Part shown: one piece after another, positions 29,334 through 40,973 of the stretch | Position numbering within the stretch: the first letter of the stretch is position 1 | How the letters are laid out: every line of letters starts with the position of its first letter | Assembly (NCBI GenBank): GCA_963664395.2 | Contig: OY761159.2 | Location: 448,001-512,000, forward strand | DNA: 64,000 nt | Direction: 5' to 3' | Origin: Candidatus Binatia bacterium | GTDB taxonomy: Bacteria; Desulfobacterota; Binatia; Bin18 | Position numbers and translations under genes: made by a program | Notes under the pieces: generated by a model | What the model saw: the letters and a program-made list of their open reading frames with translations, nothing else | Databases searched by the model: none | Told to the model about the DNA's origin: nothing

Positions 29334-30923
29334 CTATGCGCCTGTTTCGTCCTGTGTCAGATGGAACAAGACGAGCAGGCCGGCACTCAGCCCATAGGCG
29401 ACGGCAAATTCCGGGGCTGCGGCAAAACCAAAGGCGTTTTGCACGCCCGCGGGAGTCAGTTCATAGGCGTGAATGATACCTACAAACGACAGGACGGCCG
29501 CGACCAGCATCCAGGCAGCCGCCTGGAGGAATTGGCGTTCGATAATAAAGACGAGGATGGCCGCCAGGACCATGGCGCTCAGGAGAAAGCCCTGGCTGAG
29601 GGCAATCACGCCGTGGATGTACACATCACTCCCAAACTTTGGAGCGATGTCAAATAACGAAGCACCGGCTTTGCGCAGGCTGGTTTCGATCAACTGCAAA
29701 GCCCAGGTGGCCAGGGCGGGAATCAGTCCGAAGGCAACAGCCAGCGCATGCGCTTTGGGCACGGCCTGAAATGCCTGCGCCGTCATGATGATTCCAATCC
29801 ATACAAGAATACCCAGCGTCGCTTCGAGCGGGACAAATCGAAGAATCACGGTCATTGCGCCGACCAGGCACAGCAGCCAGATGACGATACCATTAATCAC
29901 CGAGTAGCCGACTCGCGCCCCGATAGCCTTCCAGGCCGGGTGGCCAATATAGATAGTCGTGGGAAACGGGCTCCCAAAGAAGGCGGCCAGGAGCGTTCCG
30001 ACACCATTGGCTAACAGTGAGGGCCTGGTTTCATAGCGGTCGCCGGCTGCCTCCGCACTTTCCAGATTCTGCAACGAGCCAATCATATTGAACAGGCCCA
30101 TCGGAAAAATAACGGCCAAGTACTGCCAACCCCGCTCACTGGCCAGCAGGGCAAAGAGGTCGGACGGCACCGGCGTCGGCAGATGCAGCGCAAACGTATA
30201 CTGCTCTGCCGGCGGATCAAAGACGGGCAGCCCCAACCCGCGCAGCCCCCACGCGAGTCCAACACCCGTCAGCACGGCAACCAGGCCACCGGGTAGGCCG
30301 CCGGGGAAGGGGCGGCGTGACGCGTAGACCATGATGATGATCGTCATAGGCACGACCGCAATCAGCGGGTTCGCAAAAATCTGGAAGATAAAGCCCATGG
30401 CAATAAACGTGATCGCGATCCCCGCCAGAGCAGTCAGCAGGGCAGCCCGCGGCGTATACCGACGCAGCCAGTCACCCACAAAAGCGCCGGCCGTTTCCAT
30501 CACGCCGCTGAGCAGACAGGCAAACAGTCCGACCTGCCAGGCTAAGGTCGCATCTTGGGTTTCCTGATAGATCGGCCCCATGATGAGGAAGATGTACGCA
30601 AAAAAGCTCGGCGTATTGATGCCATACGGGAGGGCCGTCACATCCTTCCGCCCGGTTTGCAGCATCAGTCGTCTGGCTTGCCAGGCGTAAAAGACGTTAC
30701 CAAATAGGATCGATACTGCCGCCCCAGGTAAAATGCGGCCAATCACCAGCTCTTGGGGAAGGCCACATATCACCGGACACAGCACGGCGATCAGCATGAG
30801 TTGCAAGAGGTTGTCGATAAACAACGCAAAAAAGCCGTCAACATCTCCCCGGACAAACAGGGCGCGCAGCCCGTGCAGCATCTGCCATCGGCTACGCTCC
30901 CGCCCAGCTGAATCTTCGTGCAT
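29334..30923 (-). CDS. NCS2/AzgA-like nucleobase permease
   Basis: GDVDGFFALFIDN, TALPYGINT, ESAEAAGD, PTTIYIGHP; many TM segments. Confidence 0.88.
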   Translation of the reverse strand: MHEDSAGRERSRWQMLHGLRALFVRGDVDGFFALFIDNLLQLMLIAVLCPVICGLPQELVIGRILPGAAVSILFGNVFYAWQARRLMLQTGRKDVTALPYGINTPSFFAYIFLIMGPIYQETQDATLAWQVGLFACLLSGVMETAGAFVGDWLRRYTPRAALLTALAGIAITFIAMGFIFQIFANPLIAVVPMTIIIMVYASRRPFPGGLPGGLVAVLTGVGLAWGLRGLGLPVFDPPAEQYTFALHLPTPVPSDLFALLASERGWQYLAVIFPMGLFNMIGSLQNLESAEAAGDRYETRPSLLANGVGTLLAAFFGSPFPTTIYIGHPAWKAIGARVGYSVINGIVIWLLCLVGAMTVILRFVPLEATLGILVWIGIIMTAQAFQAVPKAHALAVAFGLIPALATWALQLIETSLRKAGASLFDIAPKFGSDVYIHGVIALSQGFLLSAMVLAAILVFIIERQFLQAAAWMLVAAVLSFVGIIHAYELTPAGVQNAFGFAAAPEFAVAYGLSAGLLVLFHLTQDETGA

Positions 30924-31055
30924 GAGTCGGGCAGCCTAACGGGCAGATATTCGACCGTCAAGCCAAATTGGGCTGCGTTGGGCCGAATGGGAGTGAAGAT
31001 GAGGTTGACAGAATCGTCAGCATTCTGTTGAGTCGCTCTTTCAGAAGGAGGCGCT

Positions 31056-31877
31056 ATGAAAACGCTCGTACGATTTGCCGGATTTGTCCTGGTACTCCTC
31101 AGCTTTTTCTGCCAACCGGTCGTGCAATCGGCAGCAATTGCGGCAGACATTGAGGCGATCCGCACAGCCGCGCAAGGGGGCGACGCCAAAGCGCAAAACA
31201 GCCTGGGGGTCATGTATATCAAAGGGGATGGTGTTGAGCAAAATGCCAAGGAAGCCGTCCAATGGTTTCGCCGGGCCGCCAAGCAGGGCCATGTCGGATC
31301 ACAGTATAACCTTGGCATGTTGTACCTCGCCGGAAAAAAGGGCGACCGAGCCAAGAAAGAGGCAGCCAAGTGGTTTCAGAAAGCAGCCGAGAGTGGGCAT
31401 ACCAAGGCGCAGTATCGCTTAGGCATGCTCTACGTCCAAGGGAGCGGCGTGGACCAGGACTATGCCACCGCGGCTATCTGGTTCCGGAACGCGGCTGATG
31501 AGAACCACGCCGAGGCCCAGTACAATCTCGGCGTCCTGTACGATAACGGCTACGGTCTCGACCAAGACCTGACCAAGGCGAGAGGCTGGTACCTCAAAGC
31601 CGCGGACCAGGCCCATACAGGGGCGCTCTTCAACCTCGGCACGATCTATTTCGTAGGCCGAGGCACAGACCAGGATGATGCAGAAGCTGCCCACTGGTTT
31701 CGCCAAGCCGCAGAACGGGACCATCCCGGCGCACAGTACAATCTTGGGGCAATGTATTTGGAAGGCCGGGGGGTAGCCAAAGACGATGATACTGGTATTG
31801 ACTGGCTGCGAAAAGCGGCCAAACAGGGCCATGCCAATGCCCAGAAAGTCATTGATCAAATCAGTGCCGGCAGCTAA
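31056..31877 (+). CDS. Secreted Sel1-repeat protein
   Basis: Signal peptide plus six 36-aa repeats of A(Q)YNLG.MY..G.GV..D...A..W(F/Y)..AA. Confidence 0.93.
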   Translation: MKTLVRFAGFVLVLLSFFCQPVVQSAAIAADIEAIRTAAQGGDAKAQNSLGVMYIKGDGVEQNAKEAVQWFRRAAKQGHVGSQYNLGMLYLAGKKGDRAKKEAAKWFQKAAESGHTKAQYRLGMLYVQGSGVDQDYATAAIWFRNAADENHAEAQYNLGVLYDNGYGLDQDLTKARGWYLKAADQAHTGALFNLGTIYFVGRGTDQDDAEAAHWFRQAAERDHPGAQYNLGAMYLEGRGVAKDDDTGIDWLRKAAKQGHANAQKVIDQISAGS

Positions 31878-31929
31878 TGGTTCTCCGGTTCGGGCCGTTG
31901 GTCTTGTTGCCACAATACGAGAGGGACGC

Positions 31930-32448
31930 ATGACAGCAGTCACCAAACGGGCCCGGCTCGTGTTGGCTCTGCTCATTGTCATCACCGGCGTGGGCTGCGA
32001 TCAAGCCACCAAGCAGATTGCCGCCCAACAGCTACGCGGCACGCCGCCCATCTCCTTCATGCATGACCTTGTTCGCCTGCACTATGCAGAGAATCGAGGC
32101 GCTTTTCTCGGACTCGGCAATACACTTTCACCCGAGCTGCGCTTCTGGCTGCTCACCGTTGCCACGGCTGTGCTGCTGATGGGCTTAACCATCTTCCTGA
32201 TCGTACAGTGGAACACCGCTCGTCTTTCGTTCATTGCGCTTTCTTGTGTCCTAGCGGGCGGGATGGGGAATATGATCGATCGGCTGTTGCATGACGGGCG
32301 GGTCATAGATTTTCTGAACCTCGGCCTTGGCTCACTCCGGACGGGCATTTTCAATATCGCCGATGTCGCCATAACGGGCGGCGTCGTGCTGCTCTGGATC
32401 GCCAGCTGGCGGGCGCGCCCCAAGCCGAACGAGCCGGCTACGCCCTAA
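31930..32448 (+). CDS. lspA: Lipoprotein signal peptidase II
   Basis: DQATK, NRGAFLG, GNMIDR, VIDF, IFNIAD. Confidence 0.92.
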   Translation: MTAVTKRARLVLALLIVITGVGCDQATKQIAAQQLRGTPPISFMHDLVRLHYAENRGAFLGLGNTLSPELRFWLLTVATAVLLMGLTIFLIVQWNTARLSFIALSCVLAGGMGNMIDRLLHDGRVIDFLNLGLGSLRTGIFNIADVAITGGVVLLWIASWRARPKPNEPATP

Positions 32449-32550
32449 TATGTGATGTCGGGCACCACCGCGCTCACAAGCCGTTTCAACTCTCCCCACA
32501 TGGTGCTAAGGTCTCAGCCCAGCTCGTACAACAGTAAGAAAGGAGTCAGT

Positions 32551-32940
32551 ATGGCCAAAGATGTTGTCATCCCAAAGGGAATGGAAGCCTATTACAACGA
32601 TTTTCATTTTGCGCCCGCAATCAAGGATGGAGATCGTCTCTACTGTTCCGGCGTGATCGGGGTGGGCGAGGGGTATAAGGTTTCGGACGATCCCGAAGCG
32701 CAGTTCACCCAGGCGTTTGAACATGTCAAATCCACGCTGGAGGCGGCCGGTGCGTCATTCGACAATGTGGTCGAGATGACGACCTTTCACGTCGATCTTC
32801 AAAAAAACATCCAGGCATTCATGAAGGTCAAAGACAACTACATGGCAGACCCCTACCCGGCCTGGACGGCGATCGGTATCACCGAGCTGGCATTTCCAGG
32901 TGCCTTGGTTGAGATAAAAATCATCGCCCGGTTAGCGTAG
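32551..32940 (+). CDS. RidA/YjgF family protein
   Basis: [28 protein letters not shown]; AAGGAG RBS. Confidence 0.9.
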   Translation: MAKDVVIPKGMEAYYNDFHFAPAIKDGDRLYCSGVIGVGEGYKVSDDPEAQFTQAFEHVKSTLEAAGASFDNVVEMTTFHVDLQKNIQAFMKVKDNYMADPYPAWTAIGITELAFPGALVEIKIIARLA

Positions 32941-33035
32941 ATATAAGGGATTTGGGACTGGGGATGAGGGGTTCGGGAAGAAGACACCCCATGGTTTCCC
33001 GCCCTCACCCCTCATCCCAAACCACTAACCCCCAC

Positions 33036-33479
33036 ATGAAACCGTTCTGGAAGACAAAATCACTCGCCGCTATGAGCCAGCGGGAGTGGGAGTCTTTATG
33101 CGATGGCTGCGGACGCTGCTGCTTGAATAAACTGGAAGACAGCGACTCCGGAGCCATTCATTACACCAATGTGGCCTGCCGTCTGCTCGACCTCAAACGC
33201 TGTCGCTGCAAACACTATGACCAGCGGGCGCAGCTCGTCCCCGACTGCGTGCGGCTCTCGCCCAAAAATCTGCACAAGATCAGTTGGCTGCCGCATTCCT
33301 GCGCCTACCGCCGCCTGGCCGAGGGCCGCGACCTGGCCTGGTGGCACCCCCTGGTCTCCGGTCGCGCCGAGACCGTCCACCAAGCCGGCATCTCGGTCCG
33401 AGGCAGAGTGGTCTCCGAGGAGGCCGTCCCACCCGAGGCGTTTGAAGACCATCTGATCGACTGGATCGAACACGACTGA
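33036..33479 (+). CDS. YcgN family cysteine-cluster protein
   Basis: [34 protein letters not shown]. Confidence 0.92.
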   Translation: MKPFWKTKSLAAMSQREWESLCDGCGRCCLNKLEDSDSGAIHYTNVACRLLDLKRCRCKHYDQRAQLVPDCVRLSPKNLHKISWLPHSCAYRRLAEGRDLAWWHPLVSGRAETVHQAGISVRGRVVSEEAVPPEAFEDHLIDWIEHD

Positions 33480-33545
33480 GCGGGCTTCGACAAGCGTAGC
33501 CTGAACGGGTATAGTCGGCAGCGCATATTTGCCACGGAGTGATAC

Positions 33546-34553
33546 ATGGGTCAAAAACGCTGGTCGCTATCGGTTCCGCTGGAGGAATTCAGCCTGACGG
33601 AGCATGTTGAAATTGCGCGCGAGGCCGCACAGGCCGGCTATACCGATGCCTGGTCAATGGAGGTCGATGGCATTGATTGTTTTGCCCCGCTGGCAACACT
33701 TGCCCAGGCAACAGACCTGCGGCTGGGCACGGCGATTGCCAATGTGTATACGCGCGGGCCGGCGACGTTAGCCATGAGCGCGGCGGGACTGGCTGAACTC
33801 GCACCGGGCCGTTTTTGTCTGGGAATCGGCGCGGGCTCGCATCCGATTGTTGAATTCTGGAACGGTGGCAGGTTTGCTCGCCCGGCAATCCGTGTGCGGG
33901 AAATGCTGGCCTTCTTGCGTCAGGCCTTTACCGGGGAACGCATCACCTTTGAGGGCGAGACCTTTACGGTCAAAGGCTTTCGGTTCAGCCGCCCGCCACA
34001 GAACCCCATTCCCATTCACGTCGGCGCGCTGAAACCGCTGATGCTGCGTATCGCCGGTCAGTATGCCGACGGGGCGATTATCAACTGGCTCTCAGCCGAT
34101 GATGTCAAAAAATCGGTGTCAGTCGTGCGTGAGGCGGCCCAGGCGGCCGGCCGCAATCCTGACGATGTGGAAATCACCGCCCGGCTGTTTATCAGTGTTG
34201 ACCCGCCCGGCCAGACGGTTGAGACCGGCATCCGGCGGCATATCAATACCTATTTGAACGTACCGGTGTATAAGGCCTTTCACGAATGGCTGGGTCGGAC
34301 GGACCTGCTGGGCCCCATGTGGGATGCCTGGGCCGGAGGAGACCGCAAGGCTGCCGTGGCCGCGGTACCGCCGGAGGTCATGCAGGATTTATTTATTCAG
34401 GGCTCACCGGAAGAGATGAAAGCGCATATTCAGCGCTATCTGGATAACGGGGTGGACACCGCATTTCTGCAAATGCAGTCATTTGAAACTGATCCGGCTC
34501 AAAAGCGTGAAAATATTCTACACGCGGTCCGCAGCCTCGCGCCAGGAGCATAA
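33546..34553 (+). CDS. LLM-class (F420-dependent-like) oxidoreductase
   Basis: LGTAIANVYTRGPATLAM, GRFCLGIG, IAGQYADG. Confidence 0.9.
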   Translation: MGQKRWSLSVPLEEFSLTEHVEIAREAAQAGYTDAWSMEVDGIDCFAPLATLAQATDLRLGTAIANVYTRGPATLAMSAAGLAELAPGRFCLGIGAGSHPIVEFWNGGRFARPAIRVREMLAFLRQAFTGERITFEGETFTVKGFRFSRPPQNPIPIHVGALKPLMLRIAGQYADGAIINWLSADDVKKSVSVVREAAQAAGRNPDDVEITARLFISVDPPGQTVETGIRRHINTYLNVPVYKAFHEWLGRTDLLGPMWDAWAGGDRKAAVAAVPPEVMQDLFIQGSPEEMKAHIQRYLDNGVDTAFLQMQSFETDPAQKRENILHAVRSLAPGA

Positions 34554-34558
34554 ACCTC

Positions 34559-35056
34559 CTAACGTCGTTCAAACGCGGAGAGCAGCAGATACAGCACGCC
34601 CAGGCCCAGATTGGCTTTCACCAGTTGGGTGTAGCGGTGGTGGAGCTGGGTAAACTCGTCTCGAAATATCTGTTTTGTCACATCAAAATTATCAAAATCC
34701 TGAATCTCTACGGTCCGCAGATATTCCAACCGGTCGCCCACGACCAGGGCGTAATAGACCAGCGTGACAACCATGGTGACAACCAGCACGGTCTTCACAA
34801 AGCGCACGGCCGTCCACCAGTCTGAGCGCAGCAAAAAGTAAATCGCCGACACGGCCAGGCACGCGGCCGCAATAAATTCGAGGCGGTTCAGCTTCGCCAG
34901 CACCGCGGCATTCACATTTCCAGCCAAGTTGATCGTGGGCAGTTCTTGAAAGACCGTGCCGGCCACAGCAAAGCCGAACCCGGCCAACGCCCCGACCCAG
35001 ACGCCGGCAGCGAGAGTTTCTACAAATACAAAGACGCGATCAAAAAATTTCTTCAT
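34559..35056 (-). CDS. DUF4149 family membrane protein
   Basis: W.G....GFAVAG.VF, LAG, F..LH pattern, 4 TM segments. Confidence 0.75.
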   Translation of the reverse strand: MKKFFDRVFVFVETLAAGVWVGALAGFGFAVAGTVFQELPTINLAGNVNAAVLAKLNRLEFIAAACLAVSAIYFLLRSDWWTAVRFVKTVLVVTMVVTLVYYALVVGDRLEYLRTVEIQDFDNFDVTKQIFRDEFTQLHHRYTQLVKANLGLGVLYLLLSAFERR

Positions 35057-35075
35057 GCGACGCTCTCCACGCTCT

Positions 35076-36002
35076 TCACTTGAACAGCCCTACCCCAGCC
35101 TCTTTTCCCAGCACATGCCGGAGTGCACGCTCAAGACTGGGATAGCGAAATTCATAGCCTGTCCGCATGAGTACACGCGGCTCAACACGGGTGCTGGCAA
35201 GCAGGAGGGCATCGGCCATCTCACCAAAGGCGAGCCGTGCCGCAAACGCCGGGACAGGGAAAATAGTCGGACGGCCCAGGACCGTGCCGAGCGTCCGGGT
35301 ATATTCTCGATTGGTCACTGCCTCGGGACCAACCACATTGATCGGGCCACTGACTTCGTCATGGCTGAGAGCGTGCTGAATCACCCCAACAACGTCGTCC
35401 AGCGCAATACAACTCATATACTGTCTGCCCTCGCCAATAACACCACCCAGGCCGAGCTTAAACGGGAAGAGCATTTTTTGAAGCGCTCCGCCGGCAGGAC
35501 TGAGGACAACCCCAATCCGCAGCAAGACAGTCCGTATCCCCGTATCGGTCAGCGCCGTGGCAGCAGCCTCCCAGTCACGACAGACCTCGGCCAGAAACCC
35601 CTCCCCCGCCCCACTCTCTTCAGTCAGCGTTTCTTCTCCACGGTTGCCGTAATACCCAATGGCTGAAGCGCCCACAAAGACTTTGGGCGGCCGGGCACAT
35701 ATTGCAAGTGCGTCGCACAGGACCCGTGTCCCCTTGACGCGGCTGTCCCGAATCCGGCCTTTGCGTTGCGGGGTCCAGCGCCCCGAGGCGATGTTCTCAC
35801 CGGCAAGATGCACGACGGCATCAAAACCTTCCAACCCGGCCCGATCTATCCTTCCCTCAGCCGGAGACCAGGCGACTTCACTTTCTCCCGCCTCAGCAGG
35901 GACCTTGCGAACCAGACGAGTCACGCGGTGACCAGCCATGGTCAGAAAAGAGACGAGCGCGGAACCAACCAAACCGCTTGCACCGGAGACGAGCACGTTC
36001 AT
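35076..36002 (-). CDS. TIGR01777/YfcH family oxidoreductase
   Basis: SGASGLVG, HLAGENIASGRW, SAIGYYG, FKLGLGG. Confidence 0.93.
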   Translation of the reverse strand: MNVLVSGASGLVGSALVSFLTMAGHRVTRLVRKVPAEAGESEVAWSPAEGRIDRAGLEGFDAVVHLAGENIASGRWTPQRKGRIRDSRVKGTRVLCDALAICARPPKVFVGASAIGYYGNRGEETLTEESGAGEGFLAEVCRDWEAAATALTDTGIRTVLLRIGVVLSPAGGALQKMLFPFKLGLGGVIGEGRQYMSCIALDDVVGVIQHALSHDEVSGPINVVGPEAVTNREYTRTLGTVLGRPTIFPVPAFAARLAFGEMADALLLASTRVEPRVLMRTGYEFRYPSLERALRHVLGKEAGVGLFK

Positions 36003-36046
36003 GGGTATTCCTCCCGACTTGCGCCGCTGACTCAAGACCTCTGTTC

Positions 36047-37240
36047 TCATTGCATCCTTCCAAATATATCAGGCGCAGCCCTTTTTTCAGCATAGCCGGT
36101 CAACTCAACATAGCCGTCGCCTTCAAGTATTTGTCCCTGGATTGTCCCCTGGGCGCGGACCGCGCCTTCCCAATAGCGGATCACTGTAAGCATTTCCTGG
36201 TCCGCCAGATAGGGCGTAATCGTCAGGTCGATTGCCTCGCTCGGAATACGCAGCCGCCACTGAGATGGGTAGATCGTTCCGTCAACCGGGCTCTGCCAGG
36301 TTTGCAGGACATCAATCTGAAAGTCCGCCAAGGTCAGCGCCCGCGTTGTCCCATCCGCCCTGACGAGGCTGCCACTGCTCAACGGATGGATGTCACCGGC
36401 TGTCCGGCGCACCTGATACAGCATCACCTCTTGGCCGTTTGAGAGCTGCAACGCAAACCAGTCCCAGCCCCGCACATCCTCGCTGAGCACACTCGTACCC
36501 CATTCCCGGTCCATCCAGCTCAATCCCTGTACCTGGAATTCTTCCGCGCCGATACGCAGGACTCCGGCTGACCGGAGGCGCGTCAGTGAATAATAATACG
36601 ACGCGTTCCCCGGCCCCACGCCTTTCTGACTCAAGCCCTTATCCCCATGGAGGACGATGGGTTTGGCCGGGGTCAGCACGAGCTGCAACCCAACCTCGTT
36701 TTCTTCAGCCGAGAGCCGCATGGACAAGGGCTGAGCCGTATCCTCGGCCACAGACCAATCTTCGAGCCAGACACGAAAGGGCCGGGCCGACGCACCCGCC
36801 AGGCCGAGCGCCACACGACTGAAACGTTGGAAGACGTGGAACTGCCCCGCGGCCACATCGCTCACCGCAAAATGCGCCATAGACACATCCCGGGTGCCCC
36901 AGGCCGAGGCGCGTTCCGGCTGACCGTGCGGCGCGGTCAGGGCCGTGCGGAAGAACGTCAACTGAAACCCGAAGTGTCGCCCGGCAGCGGATTGCAGATT
37001 GCCGGTGTAATACCACCATTCCGTCCGATAGGCCGGGTGCGGGCCGTGGTCGTCCGGAAAACGAAACTCGCGCTGTCGGTCGGCTCGCGCAAAGCCGGCG
37101 ACGTCTCCACCCAAGGCCCGGCCGACCGACAGCCTGGGTTCCGCTGCCGGGTACTCGGGTGCCGACCCGAACAGATACCAGCCGCCCGCTCCGCTCAGGC
37201 AGAGCAACAGGCCGGCAAGAAGCAACCGGTAGCGAGGCAT
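36047..37240 (-). CDS. AttH/CrtC-like lipocalin-domain protein
   Basis: DHGPHPAYRTEWWYYTG, SYYYS, WMDREW, GWDWF, YWEG, GYVELTGY. Confidence 0.9.
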   Translation of the reverse strand: MPRYRLLLAGLLLCLSGAGGWYLFGSAPEYPAAEPRLSVGRALGGDVAGFARADRQREFRFPDDHGPHPAYRTEWWYYTGNLQSAAGRHFGFQLTFFRTALTAPHGQPERASAWGTRDVSMAHFAVSDVAAGQFHVFQRFSRVALGLAGASARPFRVWLEDWSVAEDTAQPLSMRLSAEENEVGLQLVLTPAKPIVLHGDKGLSQKGVGPGNASYYYSLTRLRSAGVLRIGAEEFQVQGLSWMDREWGTSVLSEDVRGWDWFALQLSNGQEVMLYQVRRTAGDIHPLSSGSLVRADGTTRALTLADFQIDVLQTWQSPVDGTIYPSQWRLRIPSEAIDLTITPYLADQEMLTVIRYWEGAVRAQGTIQGQILEGDGYVELTGYAEKRAAPDIFGRMQ

Positions 37241-37248
37241 ACAACTCC

Positions 37249-39810
37249 CTATTCCTCTCGTAACGCAAGTGCCGGCGAGGTATACGCCATGCGCAGGGCC
37301 GGATACAAGCCGGCCAGCAGAGCAGCCCCGACCGCCATCAGCAACGCCTGCACCAGGACCTCCGGGGCAATCTCGATTTGGAGTGTCCAGCCAAACGAGC
37401 GGCGATTGATGACCCGGACCAGAATGAGCGCCAGCCCCATTCCGACCGGTATGGCTAACAGCCCGGCCACAAGCCCCATCAGACCGGTCTGGGCGGTCAT
37501 GAGTCTCCAGAGCTGACCCGGAGTGAAGCCGATTGCCCGCAGCACCCCAAGTTCACGCCCGCGTTCAAGCTGGAGCGCCATCAGCGCGCTCAGCACCCCA
37601 ATGAAGGCTACCACAGTGGTGAGGAGATGCAGGACGGTCGTGATGGTGAAGGTGCGGTCGAAGACTGCGAGCGACGCTGCGCGCAAGGTCCGATTTGAGC
37701 GGATGAGGACAGCGTGCTCTTCCCCGGCCAGCCTTCGGAGTGAGTCCACGAGCCGGTCCACATCGGTGTTGGGCGTGGCATACACGCCAAGAGAGGAGAT
37801 CTTCGGGTCGTGCCACCACTGCTCATACGTGTGCCGGCTCAGCATCACAATGCCCTGGTCCGAGCCATAGTCGGTAAAAATCCCGGCGACACGAAACAGG
37901 CGTTCCCCCCGGTCCGTCCGCAGCTGAATAGCAGCGTCGAGACTCAGCTTGTGCCGATAGGCATAGGGCTCGGAAATGATGACCGCTGCATCATTTTGAA
38001 ATGCCGGCCAGATGGATTCGGGCTCACCGGCAATGAACGCAAAGGCCGCATAGCTGCGTTCCGCCAGATCAAGGGCAACCAATTGCGTCAACCCCAGGGA
38101 GGATTCAACCTGTAGTCCGCGATAGGTATTCACCCGCGCCACGCCGGGGGCAGACGACAAGCGAGCAATCAGCGCCGGGTCAAGCGTGGCATCGCTCCGG
38201 CGTGCAATCAGACTTGGCGGGGCAATATAGACATCGGCGTGGAGTGAGGATTCCAGCCACCTCACCACGGTTTGGCGAAAGCTCTGCACCATAATGCCGA
38301 CCCCAACGGTCACGGCCACAGCCACCATGAGCGCGGCGATTGCCACCGCGGTCCGGCTCAGCGTGGCCACCACGCCCCGCCCACACAAGCGCCCCAGCAG
38401 CCCGCCCCACGCGCTCAGCAGAGGTTGGAGCAGGCGGATGCAGCCCACAGTCGTCAACGGCGTCATCAGAACGCAGCCGAGCAACACCCCGAACAGGGAG
38501 CCGAAACTCAGCCACAGATTCGTGCCCGATAGCCACAGACCACCGAGCCCGACAGCCAGGGTCAGCAGGCCCAGGAGTGCGGTGCGGGGTGCCGTTTGCT
38601 GAGCCCCTGTCTCAAGGGTTGAACGCTGCGCAGTCAGGCGGGGCGTCGTAGTCGTGGCTTCCCAGGCCGGCAGGAGTGCGGCCAGCACGGTTGCCCCCAT
38701 GCCGAGCACTATGCCTTTGCCGAGCACGAGCGGGGTCAGGGCAAGTTCCCGCACGGTCAGGACAAAGTACAGGTCGGTAATCGTCTGCGTCACGAGCCGC
38801 ACCAGGCCGTGGCTGAGGACAATACCCAGCGTCAGTCCGACGATCGTGCCACCAACACCCAGCAGCGCGGCTTCGCCCAGGATGACGGCGCATATCTCCC
38901 GCCGCGTGACCCCCTGAATGCGCAGCAAGCCCAGCAGTCCACGCCGCTGCACCACGGAGAAGGTCATGGTGTTATAAATCAGAAACACCCCGACGATCAG
39001 CGCCAGCAGGCTCAACGCACTCAGATTGAGATGAAAGGCCCGCGTCATCTGCGCAATGGCCTGGGAACGACCGCGCGACGACAGGACTTCCGCGCCGGCC
39101 GGCAGAATCCGGCGAATCATTGCCAGGAGTTTTTGCCCCCCCTCACCCTCAGGGGCAAGGACATCTATCCGACTGAGGCGGCCCACCAGCCCGAGGATTT
39201 CCTGGGCCGTTGCAATATCCGTAATGAGCAGGTTTTCAACTGCGCTGGCGTTCTCGCCGGGGTCAAGGGTCCCCACCAGCGTAATCGCCCGCTGCCGCGT
39301 TCCAACCCGGACGGTCAGGGCGTCGCCGATACCGAGGCCAAGCTGCCGGGCGGTGCCGGTGGTCAGCAATCCGGTCGCCGGCTGGGTCAGCAACGCCCGA
39401 AAGTCATTGTCGGGCGTTGCGCCCAGGGGGGCCAGATACGGCCGGAAGGGGGCCTCGGCAAAGGCGTCCACGCCGAGCAGATGAAAAATTCGGCCCGGAG
39501 AGCCCGGGACGGCAACATCGCTTTCAACCACCGGTGCAATCGCCCGGATTTTTCCGGTCACGCGCAGTCGGTGATACACGTCCTCGGACAGCCCATTGGG
39601 TCCGCCGACAATTTGATGCGTCGCCCGCCCGACAATGCTCTGCGTGGACAGCAGAAACGCCCGCCGGGCGCTTTCGTTCGCCAGGTCAATGGCCACCACA
39701 ACCGCAACCCCAAGAGCCACGCCGAGTAGCGACAGCCCCAGCTGCCACGGGTGTTGGCACAAATAGCGCAGGCTGGACCGCCACAACAACCTGCTCACCG
39801 GCCGGCTCAT
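37249..39810 (-). CDS. AttF/G-like FtsX/MacB family ABC permease
   Basis: Two MacB/FtsX halves, [30 protein letters not shown]. Confidence 0.9.
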   Translation of the reverse strand: MSRPVSRLLWRSSLRYLCQHPWQLGLSLLGVALGVAVVVAIDLANESARRAFLLSTQSIVGRATHQIVGGPNGLSEDVYHRLRVTGKIRAIAPVVESDVAVPGSPGRIFHLLGVDAFAEAPFRPYLAPLGATPDNDFRALLTQPATGLLTTGTARQLGLGIGDALTVRVGTRQRAITLVGTLDPGENASAVENLLITDIATAQEILGLVGRLSRIDVLAPEGEGGQKLLAMIRRILPAGAEVLSSRGRSQAIAQMTRAFHLNLSALSLLALIVGVFLIYNTMTFSVVQRRGLLGLLRIQGVTRREICAVILGEAALLGVGGTIVGLTLGIVLSHGLVRLVTQTITDLYFVLTVRELALTPLVLGKGIVLGMGATVLAALLPAWEATTTTPRLTAQRSTLETGAQQTAPRTALLGLLTLAVGLGGLWLSGTNLWLSFGSLFGVLLGCVLMTPLTTVGCIRLLQPLLSAWGGLLGRLCGRGVVATLSRTAVAIAALMVAVAVTVGVGIMVQSFRQTVVRWLESSLHADVYIAPPSLIARRSDATLDPALIARLSSAPGVARVNTYRGLQVESSLGLTQLVALDLAERSYAAFAFIAGEPESIWPAFQNDAAVIISEPYAYRHKLSLDAAIQLRTDRGERLFRVAGIFTDYGSDQGIVMLSRHTYEQWWHDPKISSLGVYATPNTDVDRLVDSLRRLAGEEHAVLIRSNRTLRAASLAVFDRTFTITTVLHLLTTVVAFIGVLSALMALQLERGRELGVLRAIGFTPGQLWRLMTAQTGLMGLVAGLLAIPVGMGLALILVRVINRRSFGWTLQIEIAPEVLVQALLMAVGAALLAGLYPALRMAYTSPALALREE

Positions 39811-40589
39811 CCGGCTGCCTCAGCGGAGTGCGGGGTGTCATGCGCAAGCAGATGTCCGTCGCGCATAGTCAGCACCCGGTCGGCCGTGCCGACTACCTCG
39901 CTGCTGTGGGTGACCATAATCAGGGTTTTGCCGCGTTTCCGCGTCAGCCGGTCCAGAAGATCAAGCACGTGCCGGCCGGTCTCGATATCCAGGTTGCCGG
40001 TTGGTTCATCCGCCAACAGCAGCAGGGGATCATGGACCAGGGCACGGGCTATGGCCACGCGCTGTTGCTCCCCGCCGGACAGCCGGTCGGGAAAGCTTCG
40101 GGCGCGGTCGGCTAAATCTACGGCGTCCAGCAGGTCGTAGGCTTGGTGTCGGTCTGCCGTCCGCCCATTCAATTCCAACGGCAGCAGCAGATTTTCTTCG
40201 ACGGTCAGAGTGGGGATCAAATTGAAAAATTGGAAGATAAAACCAATATGCACACGGCGGAATAACGTGCGCTCGCGTTCACTCAGTCGAGTGAGATTCA
40301 CTTCGCCCTGCTTGCCCTGCTTGGCAAGATCAGTCTGATCGGTGGAGAAGACGACTTCACCGCTGGTCGGCAAGTCTATGCCGCTTATCAAATTGAGAAG
40401 TGTGGATTTTCCAGACCCGCTCCGTCCGAGCAGAACGGTAAATTCGCCGGAGTGTATGGAGAGGTTGACCTGACGGAAGACCGGATGGGTCCGCTCGCCT
40501 TCCTGATACACCTTGGTCAGATTTCGCAACGCGATGAGGGGCCGGCCTGACCGGCTTCGAGACCGGACTATTTTCTCCTCACTGCTCAT
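39807..40589 (-). CDS. ABC transporter ATP-binding protein (LolD/AttE-like)
   Basis: [32 protein letters not shown]; start moved to MSSEEK. Confidence 0.93.
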   Translation of the reverse strand: MSSEEKIVRSRSRSGRPLIALRNLTKVYQEGERTHPVFRQVNLSIHSGEFTVLLGRSGSGKSTLLNLISGIDLPTSGEVVFSTDQTDLAKQGKQGEVNLTRLSERERTLFRRVHIGFIFQFFNLIPTLTVEENLLLPLELNGRTADRHQAYDLLDAVDLADRARSFPDRLSGGEQQRVAIARALVHDPLLLLADEPTGNLDIETGRHVLDLLDRLTRKRGKTLIMVTHSSEVVGTADRVLTMRDGHLLAHDTPHSAEAAG

Positions 40590-40731
40590 CTTACCCCCTG
40601 CTCCTTCCCTCTGCTTTTCGACGCTTTCCCATTGTATAGACGTGACACAAACTGAGAAGCCCTGCGGCTCTTGTGAGGGTGGTGTTGAGCGTAGAGGCTT
40701 GGCGATATACGGAGAGTACCGGCAACGTGAG

Positions 40732-40965
40732 CCTCCTGGTTTCTTATGGTCCATCCTGGGTGCTGTGGGTGGACCGCTGAGCTATTATGTCGGCGTGCGC
40801 CTTGGGGTACTTACCTGTATACCCGCTGTGACGGTCACGCTACCGGTCCTGGCCGGTGTGTGGAGCCTGGTTGTTCCCGGCCTGCTGTGGCTGAGTCCGG
40901 ACTATTTCTTTACCCGGTCGTCCCAATCGTCTGGAGATGACGAGGGAGCACCGGCGGACACGTAG
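40732..40965 (+). pseudogene. C-terminal remnant of a DUF2878-like membrane protein
   Basis: [17 protein letters not shown]...LAGVW motif without the N-terminal half. Confidence 0.6.
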
Positions 40966-40973
40966 GTCGGCCC

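Noticed and set aside
32948-33033. G-rich/C-rich imperfect inverted repeat before the YcgN gene
   Set aside because: Low-complexity hairpin seen once; no function can be supported
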